Origin: an uncultured Candidatus Saccharibacteria bacterium
GTDB taxonomy: Bacteria > Patescibacteriota > Saccharimonadia > Saccharimonadales > EFPC-124
Direction: 5' to 3'
DNA length: 64,000 nucleotides
Assembly (NCBI GenBank): GCA_965225085.1
Contig: CBDDBE010000003.1
Location: 1,023-65,022, forward strand
Shown in pieces: positions 56,398 to 64,000 of the stretch (position 1 is the first letter of the stretch; each line of letters opens with the position of its first letter). The translations under genes and the position numbers were made by a program. Under the pieces are notes generated by a model that saw only the letters and a program-made list of their open reading frames with translations, did no database searches and was not told the DNA's origin.

Positions 56398-56694
56398 ATG
56401 ACACATTCCACCATATCTATTCAAGATGTCCGCTACATTGCTCAGCTGGCGCATATTGCCGTCAGTGATGATGAAGCAAACAAGCTCATGGGCGAGCTCA
56501 ACACCATTCTGGGGTACGTCCAGCAGTTGGATACGCTCGATACGACCGACATAGAGCCAACCTATCAAGTGACCGGGCTACGCAACGTTTTCCGTGATGA
56601 TGAGGTTATTGACTACAACGTATCGCAGGAAGCGTTGCTGGGGAACGCCCCACACGTTCAGGACGGTCATGTTAAGGTGCCCAAAGTACTATGA
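56398..56694 (+). CDS. gatC: Asp/Glu-tRNA amidotransferase subunit C
   Basis: VRYIAQLAHIAVSDDEANKLMGELNTILGYVQQL. Confidence 0.9.
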   Translation: MTHSTISIQDVRYIAQLAHIAVSDDEANKLMGELNTILGYVQQLDTLDTTDIEPTYQVTGLRNVFRDDEVIDYNVSQEALLGNAPHVQDGHVKVPKVL

Positions 56695-58112
56695 GTAGTA
56701 CCATCTACGAGCTAAAAGCCGACTTGAAAGCGGGCCGTAAAAGCGCGGTCGCGCTGGTTGAGGAAGCTCTCGCGAAGCTCAAACAGACCCAGGACAAATA
56801 TAATATTGTTATCGAGCTCGCCGAAGAGCGGGCATTGACGCGGGCGCGAGATATTGACGCTCGGCGGACAGCAGGTGAGGAGCTGGGCAGGCTCGCCGGT
56901 ATTCCTTTCGTGGCCAAGGACAACTTTTTGGCTTTTGGCGCGCATACAACGGCTGCTAGCAATATTCTTCGTCCATTCATGGCGCCATATCAGGCGACAG
57001 CGATTGAACGGCTTGAGGCTGAAGGGGCTATTCTGGTTGCCAAGGTTAACCTTGACGCATTCGGTCATGGCGCCAGCACCGAAAACAGCGATTTTGGCCC
57101 TACCAAAAACTCTGTCGACACCGAGCGAGTGGCTGGCGGCTCTTCGGGCGGTTCAGCGGTGGCGGTAGCCCTTGGCATCGTACCGTTTGCACTCGGCACA
57201 GATACCGGTGGGTCGACTCGTCAGCCAGCCAGTTTTAACGGCGTCGTAGGACATAAGCCAACGTATGGGTCAGTTTCGCGATATGGCGTCGTGGCTATGG
57301 CCAGTTCAACCGATACCATTGGCACACTTGCTCAAAATATTGACGATGCGGCTCTGGTATTTGATTGTATGGCAGGCAAGGACGAACGCGACAGCACGAC
57401 GCTTCCAGAGCGTCCGGCCAGCTATCTACCCGCGGACAACCCCGTGAAAGCCAAGCTTCGCATTGGGCTTATTAAAGAATACATGGGTGAAGCACTGTCC
57501 GATGACGTACGGCAACAAATTCTAAAGCGTGCAGATGACCTCCGAGCTCTTGGTCATGAGGTCAAAGAGGTAAGCTTGCCCTCGCTTGATCTGTCGCTTG
57601 CAATTTACTATATCGTCATCCCGGCTGAAGTCAGCTCTAACCTGGCGCGTTACGATGGGGTGAAATATGGCCTGAGCGCCGAGCAAGCCAAAGCACTCGA
57701 TCAAGTGTATGGCATGAGCCGTGACCAAGGTTTTAACGTCGAGAACAAACGTCGCATTCTGATTGGCACATATGTGCTCAGCAGTGGATACTACGACGCC
57801 TACTACCGTAAGGCGCAGATAGCTCGTACGATGCTTATCGATCAATTCAGGAAGGCATTCGAGGATTTTGATATGCTGATTGGCCCGGTTGCCCCAACGA
57901 CGGCCTTCAAGCTTGGTGAAAATACCGACGATCCGCTCAAAATGTACCTTGCAGATCTCATGACTGTTGCTCCTAGCTTGGCAGGCTTGCCGGCTACGAG
58001 CGTGCCGTCTGGTAATGGCGAGAATGGCTTGCCAGTCGGTCTGCAGCTTATTGGTAAGCAACGCGATGATGGGCTTTTATTTGCAGTAGCAAAACAATTG
58101 GAGAATGTGTAG
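56691..58112 (+). CDS. gatA: Asp/Glu-tRNA amidotransferase subunit A
   Basis: Amidase signature GGSSGGSAVAVA; also FVAKDNF. Confidence 0.95.
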   Translation: MSSTIYELKADLKAGRKSAVALVEEALAKLKQTQDKYNIVIELAEERALTRARDIDARRTAGEELGRLAGIPFVAKDNFLAFGAHTTAASNILRPFMAPYQATAIERLEAEGAILVAKVNLDAFGHGASTENSDFGPTKNSVDTERVAGGSSGGSAVAVALGIVPFALGTDTGGSTRQPASFNGVVGHKPTYGSVSRYGVVAMASSTDTIGTLAQNIDDAALVFDCMAGKDERDSTTLPERPASYLPADNPVKAKLRIGLIKEYMGEALSDDVRQQILKRADDLRALGHEVKEVSLPSLDLSLAIYYIVIPAEVSSNLARYDGVKYGLSAEQAKALDQVYGMSRDQGFNVENKRRILIGTYVLSSGYYDAYYRKAQIARTMLIDQFRKAFEDFDMLIGPVAPTTAFKLGENTDDPLKMYLADLMTVAPSLAGLPATSVPSGNGENGLPVGLQLIGKQRDDGLLFAVAKQLENV

Positions 58113-58115
58113 TTT

Positions 58116-58520
58116 ATGGATTCGATTCTGATGATCTTTCTGGTGTTGATTGTGCTGATTGGGCTAGCACTGTTGGTTGGAATGGGGCAATTTACGCGTC
58201 GTCGAAGCGGCCTCGACCCCAAGTACTACCGTGACAAATGGGCCAAAATTGAACAAGTACAAAAAATGGGGGAAGCCGGTTGGCAGGTAGCGATTATACA
58301 AGCCGACAAGTTGCTTGACCAAGCATTGAAGGAACGCGGTTTTGCTGGAGAGACAATGGGCGACCGACTCAAAAGTGCTCATGCTGGCGACAAAATCTGG
58401 GCTGCACACAAAGTCCGTAACCGCATTGCACACGAAACTGACGTCAGGCTCAATGCGATAGTTGTTAGCCAGGCACTCCGCGGATTCAAGCAAGGCCTGA
58501 AGAACGTGGGGGCATTATGA
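58116..58520 (+). CDS. membrane-anchored small protein with Rx4H (HEPN-like) motif, inside the gat operon
   Basis: N-terminal TM ILMIFLVLIVLIGLALLVGM and an alpha-helical body carrying AAHKVRNRIAHE (nt ~58416-58433). Starts 3 nt after the gatA stop and overlaps gatB by 4 nt. Confidence 0.6.
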   Translation: MDSILMIFLVLIVLIGLALLVGMGQFTRRRSGLDPKYYRDKWAKIEQVQKMGEAGWQVAIIQADKLLDQALKERGFAGETMGDRLKSAHAGDKIWAAHKVRNRIAHETDVRLNAIVVSQALRGFKQGLKNVGAL

Positions 58521-60004
58521 TCGACAAGACACTCTTCGAGAAGTATGAGCCGACAATCGGCATCGAATGTCACGTTCAGCTGCGTACTCGGAGCAAACTT
58601 TTTAGCGGAGCGGACAATGACGCGCGTGACAAGGCGCCCAACACAACCGTCAGTCCACTTTGTTTTGGCCTGCCTGGCACATTGCCAGTACTCAACCGCG
58701 AGGCGGTGAACCTTGCCATTCGCGCAGGCATCGCTCTGAACGCAGAAATTGCGCGCGTCAGTAGCTTTGACCGCAAGCATTATTTTTATCCTGATCTGCC
58801 CAAAGGCTACCAGATTACACAGCTGGAGCGTCCGACTGTCGGCCGAGGGCAGATTGATGTGCCGCTGGGCGAAGGGGCATTTACCGTGCGTATTACGCGT
58901 GCCCACATCGAGGAAGACGCCGGAAAGCTGACGCACCCAGAAGGTGCAGACTACAGCCTAGTCGACCTCAATCGTGCCGGAACTCCCCTGATCGAGGTGG
59001 TGTCTGAGGCTGATATGCATAGCCCCGAGCAAGCAAAGGCCTATGTTCAGGAGCTATATTTACTCATGAAATACGCTGGCGTGACAAATGGCGACCTCTA
59101 CCAAGGCAACATGCGCTTTGACGTCAACATTTCCGTAGCGCCAAAGGGAAGCGACACGCTTGGTACCCGAGCAGAAGTTAAAAACCTTAACTCCTTCCGA
59201 AGCGTCGAGCGTGCCGCCCAGTACGAATTCGAGCGCCAAGTTGGGCTGCTGGAGAAGGGCGAGAGGATCGTTCAAGAAACTCGCGGCTGGAACGATGCCA
59301 AGCAGAAGACGTTTAGCCAGCGTAGCAAGGAAGAGGCGATGGACTATCGCTATTTCCCTGATGCCGATTTGCCGCCGGTTGGACTCAGTGATGAACAAAT
59401 CGAAGCCGTCCGCAAAGAGGTTGAGCCGCTCTTGCCGACCAACGTTCGCAGTGAGCTAAAACGCCTCGGCGTCGATTCTGACACCATAGAGACTTTTTTG
59501 CTACAAGATGCACTAAGTGACCTTGGGCTTAATTATTTTCATACAGTCAGGCTTATCGGCGAAAAAGCCGGCGCATCGGCTGCGCTATTCGCGGCTAATT
59601 TCCTAGCAAATCGCGACATTAAGTATCGAGCTGACCACCCTGAAGATAAAAATCCATTGCCAACAGTCCAGCAATTCATTGACGTCTTTACTATGTATCA
59701 AGCCGGAGAATTGAGCTCGAATGGGGTAGACGCGCTCCTTGTCGCGCTGAGGGGCAAATCCTCTGTCGGAGTAAAGGAAGTTGCCGAAGACATGGGGTTG
59801 AGGCAAGAAAATAACAGCGCTGCCATCGAAGTTTTCGTGGATGAAGTCCTAAACGATCCAGCCAGCGCCAAAGCTATCGACGATATCAAAAACGGCAACG
59901 ACCGTGTCATTGGTTACCTGGTAGGTCAAGTTATGAAAAAATCCCAGGGCAAAGCCAACCCAGCCATGGTTAGCGAACTCATTAAGAAGCGCCTCAGTCA
60001 GTAA
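58517..60004 (+). CDS. gatB: Asp/Glu-tRNA amidotransferase subunit B
   Basis: IGIECHVQL, FDRKHYFYPDLPKGYQITQ, and a C-terminal YqeY-like tail. Confidence 0.95.
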   Translation: MIDKTLFEKYEPTIGIECHVQLRTRSKLFSGADNDARDKAPNTTVSPLCFGLPGTLPVLNREAVNLAIRAGIALNAEIARVSSFDRKHYFYPDLPKGYQITQLERPTVGRGQIDVPLGEGAFTVRITRAHIEEDAGKLTHPEGADYSLVDLNRAGTPLIEVVSEADMHSPEQAKAYVQELYLLMKYAGVTNGDLYQGNMRFDVNISVAPKGSDTLGTRAEVKNLNSFRSVERAAQYEFERQVGLLEKGERIVQETRGWNDAKQKTFSQRSKEEAMDYRYFPDADLPPVGLSDEQIEAVRKEVEPLLPTNVRSELKRLGVDSDTIETFLLQDALSDLGLNYFHTVRLIGEKAGASAALFAANFLANRDIKYRADHPEDKNPLPTVQQFIDVFTMYQAGELSSNGVDALLVALRGKSSVGVKEVAEDMGLRQENNSAAIEVFVDEVLNDPASAKAIDDIKNGNDRVIGYLVGQVMKKSQGKANPAMVSELIKKRLSQ

Positions 60005-60023
60005 GCCACCCCAAAAGGAGAAA

Positions 60024-60569
60024 ATGCCAATGCAGGCCTGGAAGCGAATTGAACCAACCGTGTACCACAAAGTCGGTTGGCGGCGGATTACGACAAAGAC
60101 ATTCCTGCTACCTGATGGGCAGAAGCATACTTTTGACGTTATGTACCTGGACGGACAACAATTTGCCTGTATAGTCGCGCTGACGAAGGACCGCCAGGTG
60201 GTGATTGCTCGCCAATTTCGACCTGGCCCGGAGAAAGTCATGGATGATTTGCCCGGCGGATTTGTAGATAAAGGCGAGAATCCCGAAGCAGCGGCCAAGC
60301 GCGAGCTGCTGGAGGAAACAGGCTACCAGGCGGGCAACATGACCTACCTCGGCGCGTTCCACAAGGACGTGTATATGAATGCAACCTGGCATGCGTTCCT
60401 CGCTACGGACTGCGTAAAAGTGACCGATGATCTACAGCTCGACAGTGGCGAGCAGGTCGAAGTCGACTTGATATCGATAGATCGGCTCATTGAAAATGCT
60501 ACACACGACCGCATGCAAGACCATGCCGCTGTACTGATGGCGTATGATACGTTGAAAAAGGAGCAATAA
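60024..60569 (+). CDS. Nudix hydrolase (ADP-ribose pyrophosphatase-like)
   Basis: Nudix box LPGGFVDKGENPEAAAKRELLEETGY. Confidence 0.8.
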   Translation: MPMQAWKRIEPTVYHKVGWRRITTKTFLLPDGQKHTFDVMYLDGQQFACIVALTKDRQVVIARQFRPGPEKVMDDLPGGFVDKGENPEAAAKRELLEETGYQAGNMTYLGAFHKDVYMNATWHAFLATDCVKVTDDLQLDSGEQVEVDLISIDRLIENATHDRMQDHAAVLMAYDTLKKEQ

Positions 60570-61132
60570 TGCCAGTACCGCACCTCATTGTTATTCATGG
60601 CATGCCTGCGACGGGCAAAACAACGCTCGCTAGGCAACTTGCCAAGGACCTGGGTCTGCCACAAATCGGTAAAGACGACATCAAGGAACTGCTCTTTGAC
60701 CGTATGGGCGTAGGTGACCGGGAATGGTCGAGGACGCTTGGTATCGCTACGAGTGAAATGCTATACCCGTTGCTTATTACCTTGCTGAAAACAGGCCAAA
60801 GCCTTATTGTGGAAAGTGCGTTTGACCATAAGTTTACTGTGCAGCGCTTAGCCGAAATCGTGCGTGACACACAGGCCTCTTGCATAGAAATTTACTGCAC
60901 CGTCGATGGACACGAGCGTCGCCGACGTTTTATCGAACGAAACGAAAGTGGCGCCAGGCACCCTGGCCATGTTGACGCCACCAATTACGACGCTTCGAGC
61001 GAAGAAACCGACAAACGCACTTATGCACCGCTGGATATTGGAAAGTTGATAAAAATTGATACGCTAGAGTTTGGAAAGCCCGAATACGCAAAACTGCTGA
61101 CACGGCTTCACCGCGAGCTTGCAGACAACTAA
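60569..61132 (+). CDS. P-loop kinase/ATPase (AAA_33-like)
   Basis: Walker A GMPATGKTTLA at the N-terminus; 187 aa; substrate unknown. Confidence 0.6.
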   Translation: MPVPHLIVIHGMPATGKTTLARQLAKDLGLPQIGKDDIKELLFDRMGVGDREWSRTLGIATSEMLYPLLITLLKTGQSLIVESAFDHKFTVQRLAEIVRDTQASCIEIYCTVDGHERRRRFIERNESGARHPGHVDATNYDASSEETDKRTYAPLDIGKLIKIDTLEFGKPEYAKLLTRLHRELADN

Positions 61133-62036
61133 ACAAAGGAAGGGACAACACGTGAAGACACCAACCAAAGCCATTATTGCCGCCGCCGGACTGGGCACTC
61201 GCTTCCTGCCGCAGACCAAGGCCATGCCCAAGGAAATGCTTCCGATTGTTGACAAACCAGTTATACAGATCATAGTCGAGCAATTGGTTGCAGCCGGGGT
61301 AGAGACAATCATTATTGTGACAGGTTATACCAAGCGTGCGCTGGAGGATCATTTTGATCGATCCGAAGAGCTCGAAAATGAGCTCCGCGCCAAGGGCAAA
61401 GATGACCTTGCCGATCAGGTAGAAAAGATCGGAAACCTCGCGAATTTTGTCTACGTGCGACAAAAGGGTACGCCCAAAGGCAATGCCCGACCGGTTCTGA
61501 ACGCCCGGCATCTTATCGACGATGACGAGCCATTTTTTGTAATATTTGCCGATGACTTCTTCCGTAGCCAAGTGCCATATCCGCTGCAGCTCCTCGAAGC
61601 GTACAACAAAACCAACAGTAGTGTCATCTCGCTGGTAAAGGTTGAGCCCGAGGACACAACGCGTATCGGCATTGCCATCCCCAAAGGCGAAGAGGAAGAC
61701 GGGATTATCAAAATCGTAGGCTTTGTCGAGAAGCCAGGGCCTAAAAAGACGCCTTCGCTGTACGGGTCGGTCGGCAGCTATTTGCTAACGCCAGATATCT
61801 GGCCACTTCTCGAAAAGGAGATACCTGGCGTGGGTGGCGAGCTGGTGCTCGGTGACGCAATTGGCGAACTCGCCAGCCAAACCGCCGTATACGGCAAGGT
61901 TATCGATGGCGTGTGGCACGACGCTGGCGACAAATCCCGTTACCTGCAGGCAATTGTCGATCATGCATTAGTTGACCCTACGATTGGGCCCGGTTTCCGC
62001 GAGTACTTACAGAAGCGACTGGCGCAAAAACCCTAA
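61119..62036 (+). CDS. galU: UTP--glucose-1-phosphate uridylyltransferase
   Basis: AAGLGTRFLPQTKAMPKEMLPIVDKP. The true start may be GTG 61152. Confidence 0.85.
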   Translation: MQTTKQRKGQHVKTPTKAIIAAAGLGTRFLPQTKAMPKEMLPIVDKPVIQIIVEQLVAAGVETIIIVTGYTKRALEDHFDRSEELENELRAKGKDDLADQVEKIGNLANFVYVRQKGTPKGNARPVLNARHLIDDDEPFFVIFADDFFRSQVPYPLQLLEAYNKTNSSVISLVKVEPEDTTRIGIAIPKGEEEDGIIKIVGFVEKPGPKKTPSLYGSVGSYLLTPDIWPLLEKEIPGVGGELVLGDAIGELASQTAVYGKVIDGVWHDAGDKSRYLQAIVDHALVDPTIGPGFREYLQKRLAQKP

Positions 62037-62086
62037 AACGAACCATGCCGGGTATGCTACCATGAGGGTATAAGCATGGGGGAATT

Positions 62087-62347
62087 ATGGGACTACTAAG
62101 TTGGATCATTCTGGGCGGATTAGCCGGTTGGATCGCCTCGATGATTGTGGGCGTCGACAAGTCCATGGGCATAATGAAAAACATCCTTGTGGGCATCATC
62201 GGCGCACTGATCGGCGGTTTTGTACTATCTGTCTTTGGTGGGGTTGGCGTTACCGGCTTTAATATTTGGAGCCTACTGGTCGCTGTTCTGGGCGCGGTCA
62301 TTCTGCTGGCAATCGTAAAGGGAATGAACGGTGGCGGCAAGAAGTAA
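62087..62347 (+). CDS. GlsB/YeaQ/YmgE-family stress membrane protein
   Basis: MGLLSWIILGGLAGWIASMIVG...; three TM segments. Confidence 0.8.
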   Translation: MGLLSWIILGGLAGWIASMIVGVDKSMGIMKNILVGIIGALIGGFVLSVFGGVGVTGFNIWSLLVAVLGAVILLAIVKGMNGGGKK

Positions 62348-62392
62348 AAGTGCTATACTGGGACTAGATAACTCAAAGGATTCCTAAACATT

Positions 62393-62668
62393 ATGGATGC
62401 TTCCCAAGTTCTCGTCGTCATATTGGCCACTGCGTTGGCGGTTTTTTTGGTGCTGGCTATTATTCTCATTGTCGTACTTATCAAGGTTGCCAAGCAAATT
62501 CAGCGCGTAACCACAAGCGTCGAACGTGCAGCTACCGGGTTTGAAGGCGTCATGGGCAGCATCCAGAAGGCGGTTGCACCTGCGGTTGTGTCACGCTTTG
62601 TGATAGACCAGATTCAGCGTTTTACCGATCGACAGAATAAACACAGCAGGAAAGACAAGGAGGATTAG
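62393..62668 (+). CDS. DUF948 (YtxG-like) membrane-anchored protein
   Basis: N-terminal TM plus a helical domain. Sits next to a YtxH-like gene, as in the ytxG-ytxH pairing I recall from Firmicutes. Confidence 0.5.
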   Translation: MDASQVLVVILATALAVFLVLAIILIVVLIKVAKQIQRVTTSVERAATGFEGVMGSIQKAVAPAVVSRFVIDQIQRFTDRQNKHSRKDKED

Positions 62669-62671
62669 CGT

Positions 62672-62995
62672 ATGAAGAAAGCAAAATTTGGACTCGGGCT
62701 GATCGTCGGCGCACTCGCTGGCGTCGTAACAGGGTTGCTCACAGCCCCAAAAAGCGGCAAACAGACGCGTGATGATTTAAAGCGCAAGAAAAACGAAGCT
62801 AAAAATCAAGCCGCCACAAAAGCAGAAGAAATGAAGGACAAAGCGGCTGCAAAGGCCAAGGAAGCGCAATCGGCCGCCCAAAGCGTCGTCGATGATGCTA
62901 TGTCGCGAGCAACCGACCTTAAGGACCGCGCCACTCGGGCAACCGATAGCGCCAAAAGTGCCTGGCACGATGATCCCAAAGCTGGCAAGAAATAA
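62672..62995 (+). CDS. YtxH domain protein
   Basis: LGLIVGALAGVVTGLLTAPKSGKQTRDDL followed by a Lys/Ala-rich helix. Confidence 0.7.
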   Translation: MKKAKFGLGLIVGALAGVVTGLLTAPKSGKQTRDDLKRKKNEAKNQAATKAEEMKDKAAAKAKEAQSAAQSVVDDAMSRATDLKDRATRATDSAKSAWHDDPKAGKK

Positions 62996-63012
62996 AGAAC
63001 AGTCTCACGTAG

Positions 63013-63297
63013 ATGACTAATCCTCTGCATAAACTAGCTAGCGATCAAGCCAAAGGCTCAGCTCGCGGTCTGCTGGAAGAGCTGTTCGAGGATTATTATA
63101 GGCATCGTTTTCGAATTTATAAGATGAACTTTGTGCGTGGAATGGTCTTTGGATTTGGTAGCGTTATCGGTGGGACGCTGATGATCGCACTCTTGCTGTG
63201 GGTGTTATCATTCTTTAGCGAGCTGCCTTTCGTGGGGCATTTTACGCAGACTATTCAGCATTCTATCGAGCGCAGCACAAAATCACCCATAAAATAA
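63013..63297 (+). CDS. small membrane protein (DUF5665-like, from memory)
   Basis: YKMNFVRGMVFGFGSVIGGTLMIALLLWVLS. Confidence 0.45.
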   Translation: MTNPLHKLASDQAKGSARGLLEELFEDYYRHRFRIYKMNFVRGMVFGFGSVIGGTLMIALLLWVLSFFSELPFVGHFTQTIQHSIERSTKSPIK

Positions 63298-63390
63298 CAA
63301 CCCCTTCGCGGGTCTATAGGTGAGCATCGCGCCCAGATTGACTCTTCAGACGCTACAGCGTACCATGTTTGTGAGCCGTAAAGGTGGCCC

Positions 63391-63756
63391 ATGACGAGAC
63401 AGGAGCTGCACATGAGCGACATTGGTGGCCATAGACCATCCGTCGAGACGTTGGTTGGCGTTACGTTCGCCAAAAGCATAGTGCTGTCGGCGATAAAGGC
63501 TGCAATCACGTTTGCTAGCCATACAGTCAGTCTCTCGCTCCCCGGGCATGGTGAGCACAGTTTTGGGCTTCACTACGATCCCGAAACGGGCAACTTTTAT
63601 TTCTTTGTGCTCGATCGAGAGAGCGCGAGGCTTGTCCTTGTAACAGAGGAAGGTATCGTGTTGAGGCAGAAAAACGTGGACGATCAAGTCCTCGCGTTTA
63701 GGCTCGGAAACCAGCCGATGCAGTTGGCTGGCGCACGGTTCGAGCTCCGGGATTAA
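63391..63756 (+). CDS. hypothetical protein (121 aa)
   Basis: Orphan followed by a hairpin; start uncertain (internal ATG at codon 8). Confidence 0.45.
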   Translation: MTRQELHMSDIGGHRPSVETLVGVTFAKSIVLSAIKAAITFASHTVSLSLPGHGEHSFGLHYDPETGNFYFFVLDRESARLVLVTEEGIVLRQKNVDDQVLAFRLGNQPMQLAGARFELRD

Positions 63757-63759
63757 CAG

Positions 63760-63785
63760 GGCGCCCGACCACCATGTCGGGCGCC
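63760..63785 (+). terminator. stem-loop after the orphan
   Basis: GGCGCCCGAC-caccat-GTCGGGCGCC; 10 bp. Confidence 0.6.
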
Positions 63786-63883
63786 TAAACTATGTACTTA
63801 TATTGACAACACTTGGTGCCTAGCCACAAACCCCGCATCTGGCTATACTAAATACAGACAAAGTGGAGGGGATAGTAGCCAAA

Positions 63884-64000
63884 ATGGCAAAAGAGCTCAA
63901 GCCATCTGATTACGTGCATTTGCACAATCACACGCATCACAGCCTATTGGACGGCCTGCAAAAAGCACCGGACATGGTTAAGCATGTGAAGGCGATGGGC
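63884..64000 (+). CDS. dnaE: DNA polymerase III alpha subunit, N-terminal PHP domain (partial, runs off window)
   Basis: My translation: MAKELKPSDYVHLHNHTHHSLLDGLQKAPDMVKHVKAMG. GGAGGGG SD upstream. Not in the track because it has no stop in the window. Confidence 0.8.
   Translation, partial: MAKELKPSDYVHLHNHTHHSLLDGLQKAPDMVKHVKAMG

Noticed and set aside
63803-63849. TTGACA ... TATACT upstream of dnaE as a promoter pair.
   Set aside because: The hexamers are 35 nt apart, which is too far for a sigma70-type promoter. Not reported as a feature.
1-64000. Searched by eye for CRISPR arrays, tRNA/rRNA/tmRNA/RNase P genes, IS elements, integrases, reverse transcriptases (retron/DGR) and prophage genes.
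   Set aside because: I found no spaced direct-repeat arrays, no GTTCGAATC-type T-arm outside coding sequence, and no transposase, RT or phage motifs in any ORF. Manual scanning can miss short or degenerate elements, so tRNAscan-SE, Infernal and ISEScan runs would be needed for certainty.

Overview
This is a dense chromosomal window with about 80 protein-coding calls, short intergenic gaps and frequent 1-8 nt start/stop overlaps. I saw no rRNA, tRNA, CRISPR array, transposase, integrase or phage genes. Content is mostly housekeeping: an SF1B helicase, a P-type ATPase, gpsA, an OmpR/HisKA two-component pair, rnhA, a MacB-type ABC exporter, pgl-zwf, rmuC, an aquaporin, yajQ, pheST, murI, trxB and ppa. 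It also holds a sugar-phosphate cluster (gap-rpiB-rpe-like, split transketolase, class II fba, PfkB kinase), uvrB, gatC-gatA-(small membrane protein)-gatB, galU, a ytxG/ytxH-like stress cluster and the 5' end of dnaE. The gene set and layout (split tkt, three Nudix genes, many tiny membrane proteins, heavy translational coupling) suggest a reduced-genome Patescibacteria/CPR (Saccharibacteria-like) organism; that is inference, not shown by the sequence. Most unusual observations: (1) Three copies (13128-13226, 13239-13335, 19022-19119) of a ~98-nt element. Each has a conserved two-hairpin core with compensatory substitutions, enclosed by long, copy-specific, near-perfect 19-22 bp stems. I cannot assign it to any RNA or mobile-element family I know. 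(2) About 17 short orphan ORFs, several visibly G+C/GC3-enriched, wedged between housekeeping operons and usually bounded by strong stem-loops. (3) A self-contained module at 50.9-52.1 kb with a near-consensus promoter, a ~170-nt structured leader (uORF, CCUCCUCCC anti-SD) and a 298-aa orphan. (4) A membrane-anchored protein with an Rx4H (HEPN-like) motif, translationally coupled inside gatCAB. (5) Tandem paralogous orphans at 54.7-55.4 kb. All functional readings of these are hypotheses.
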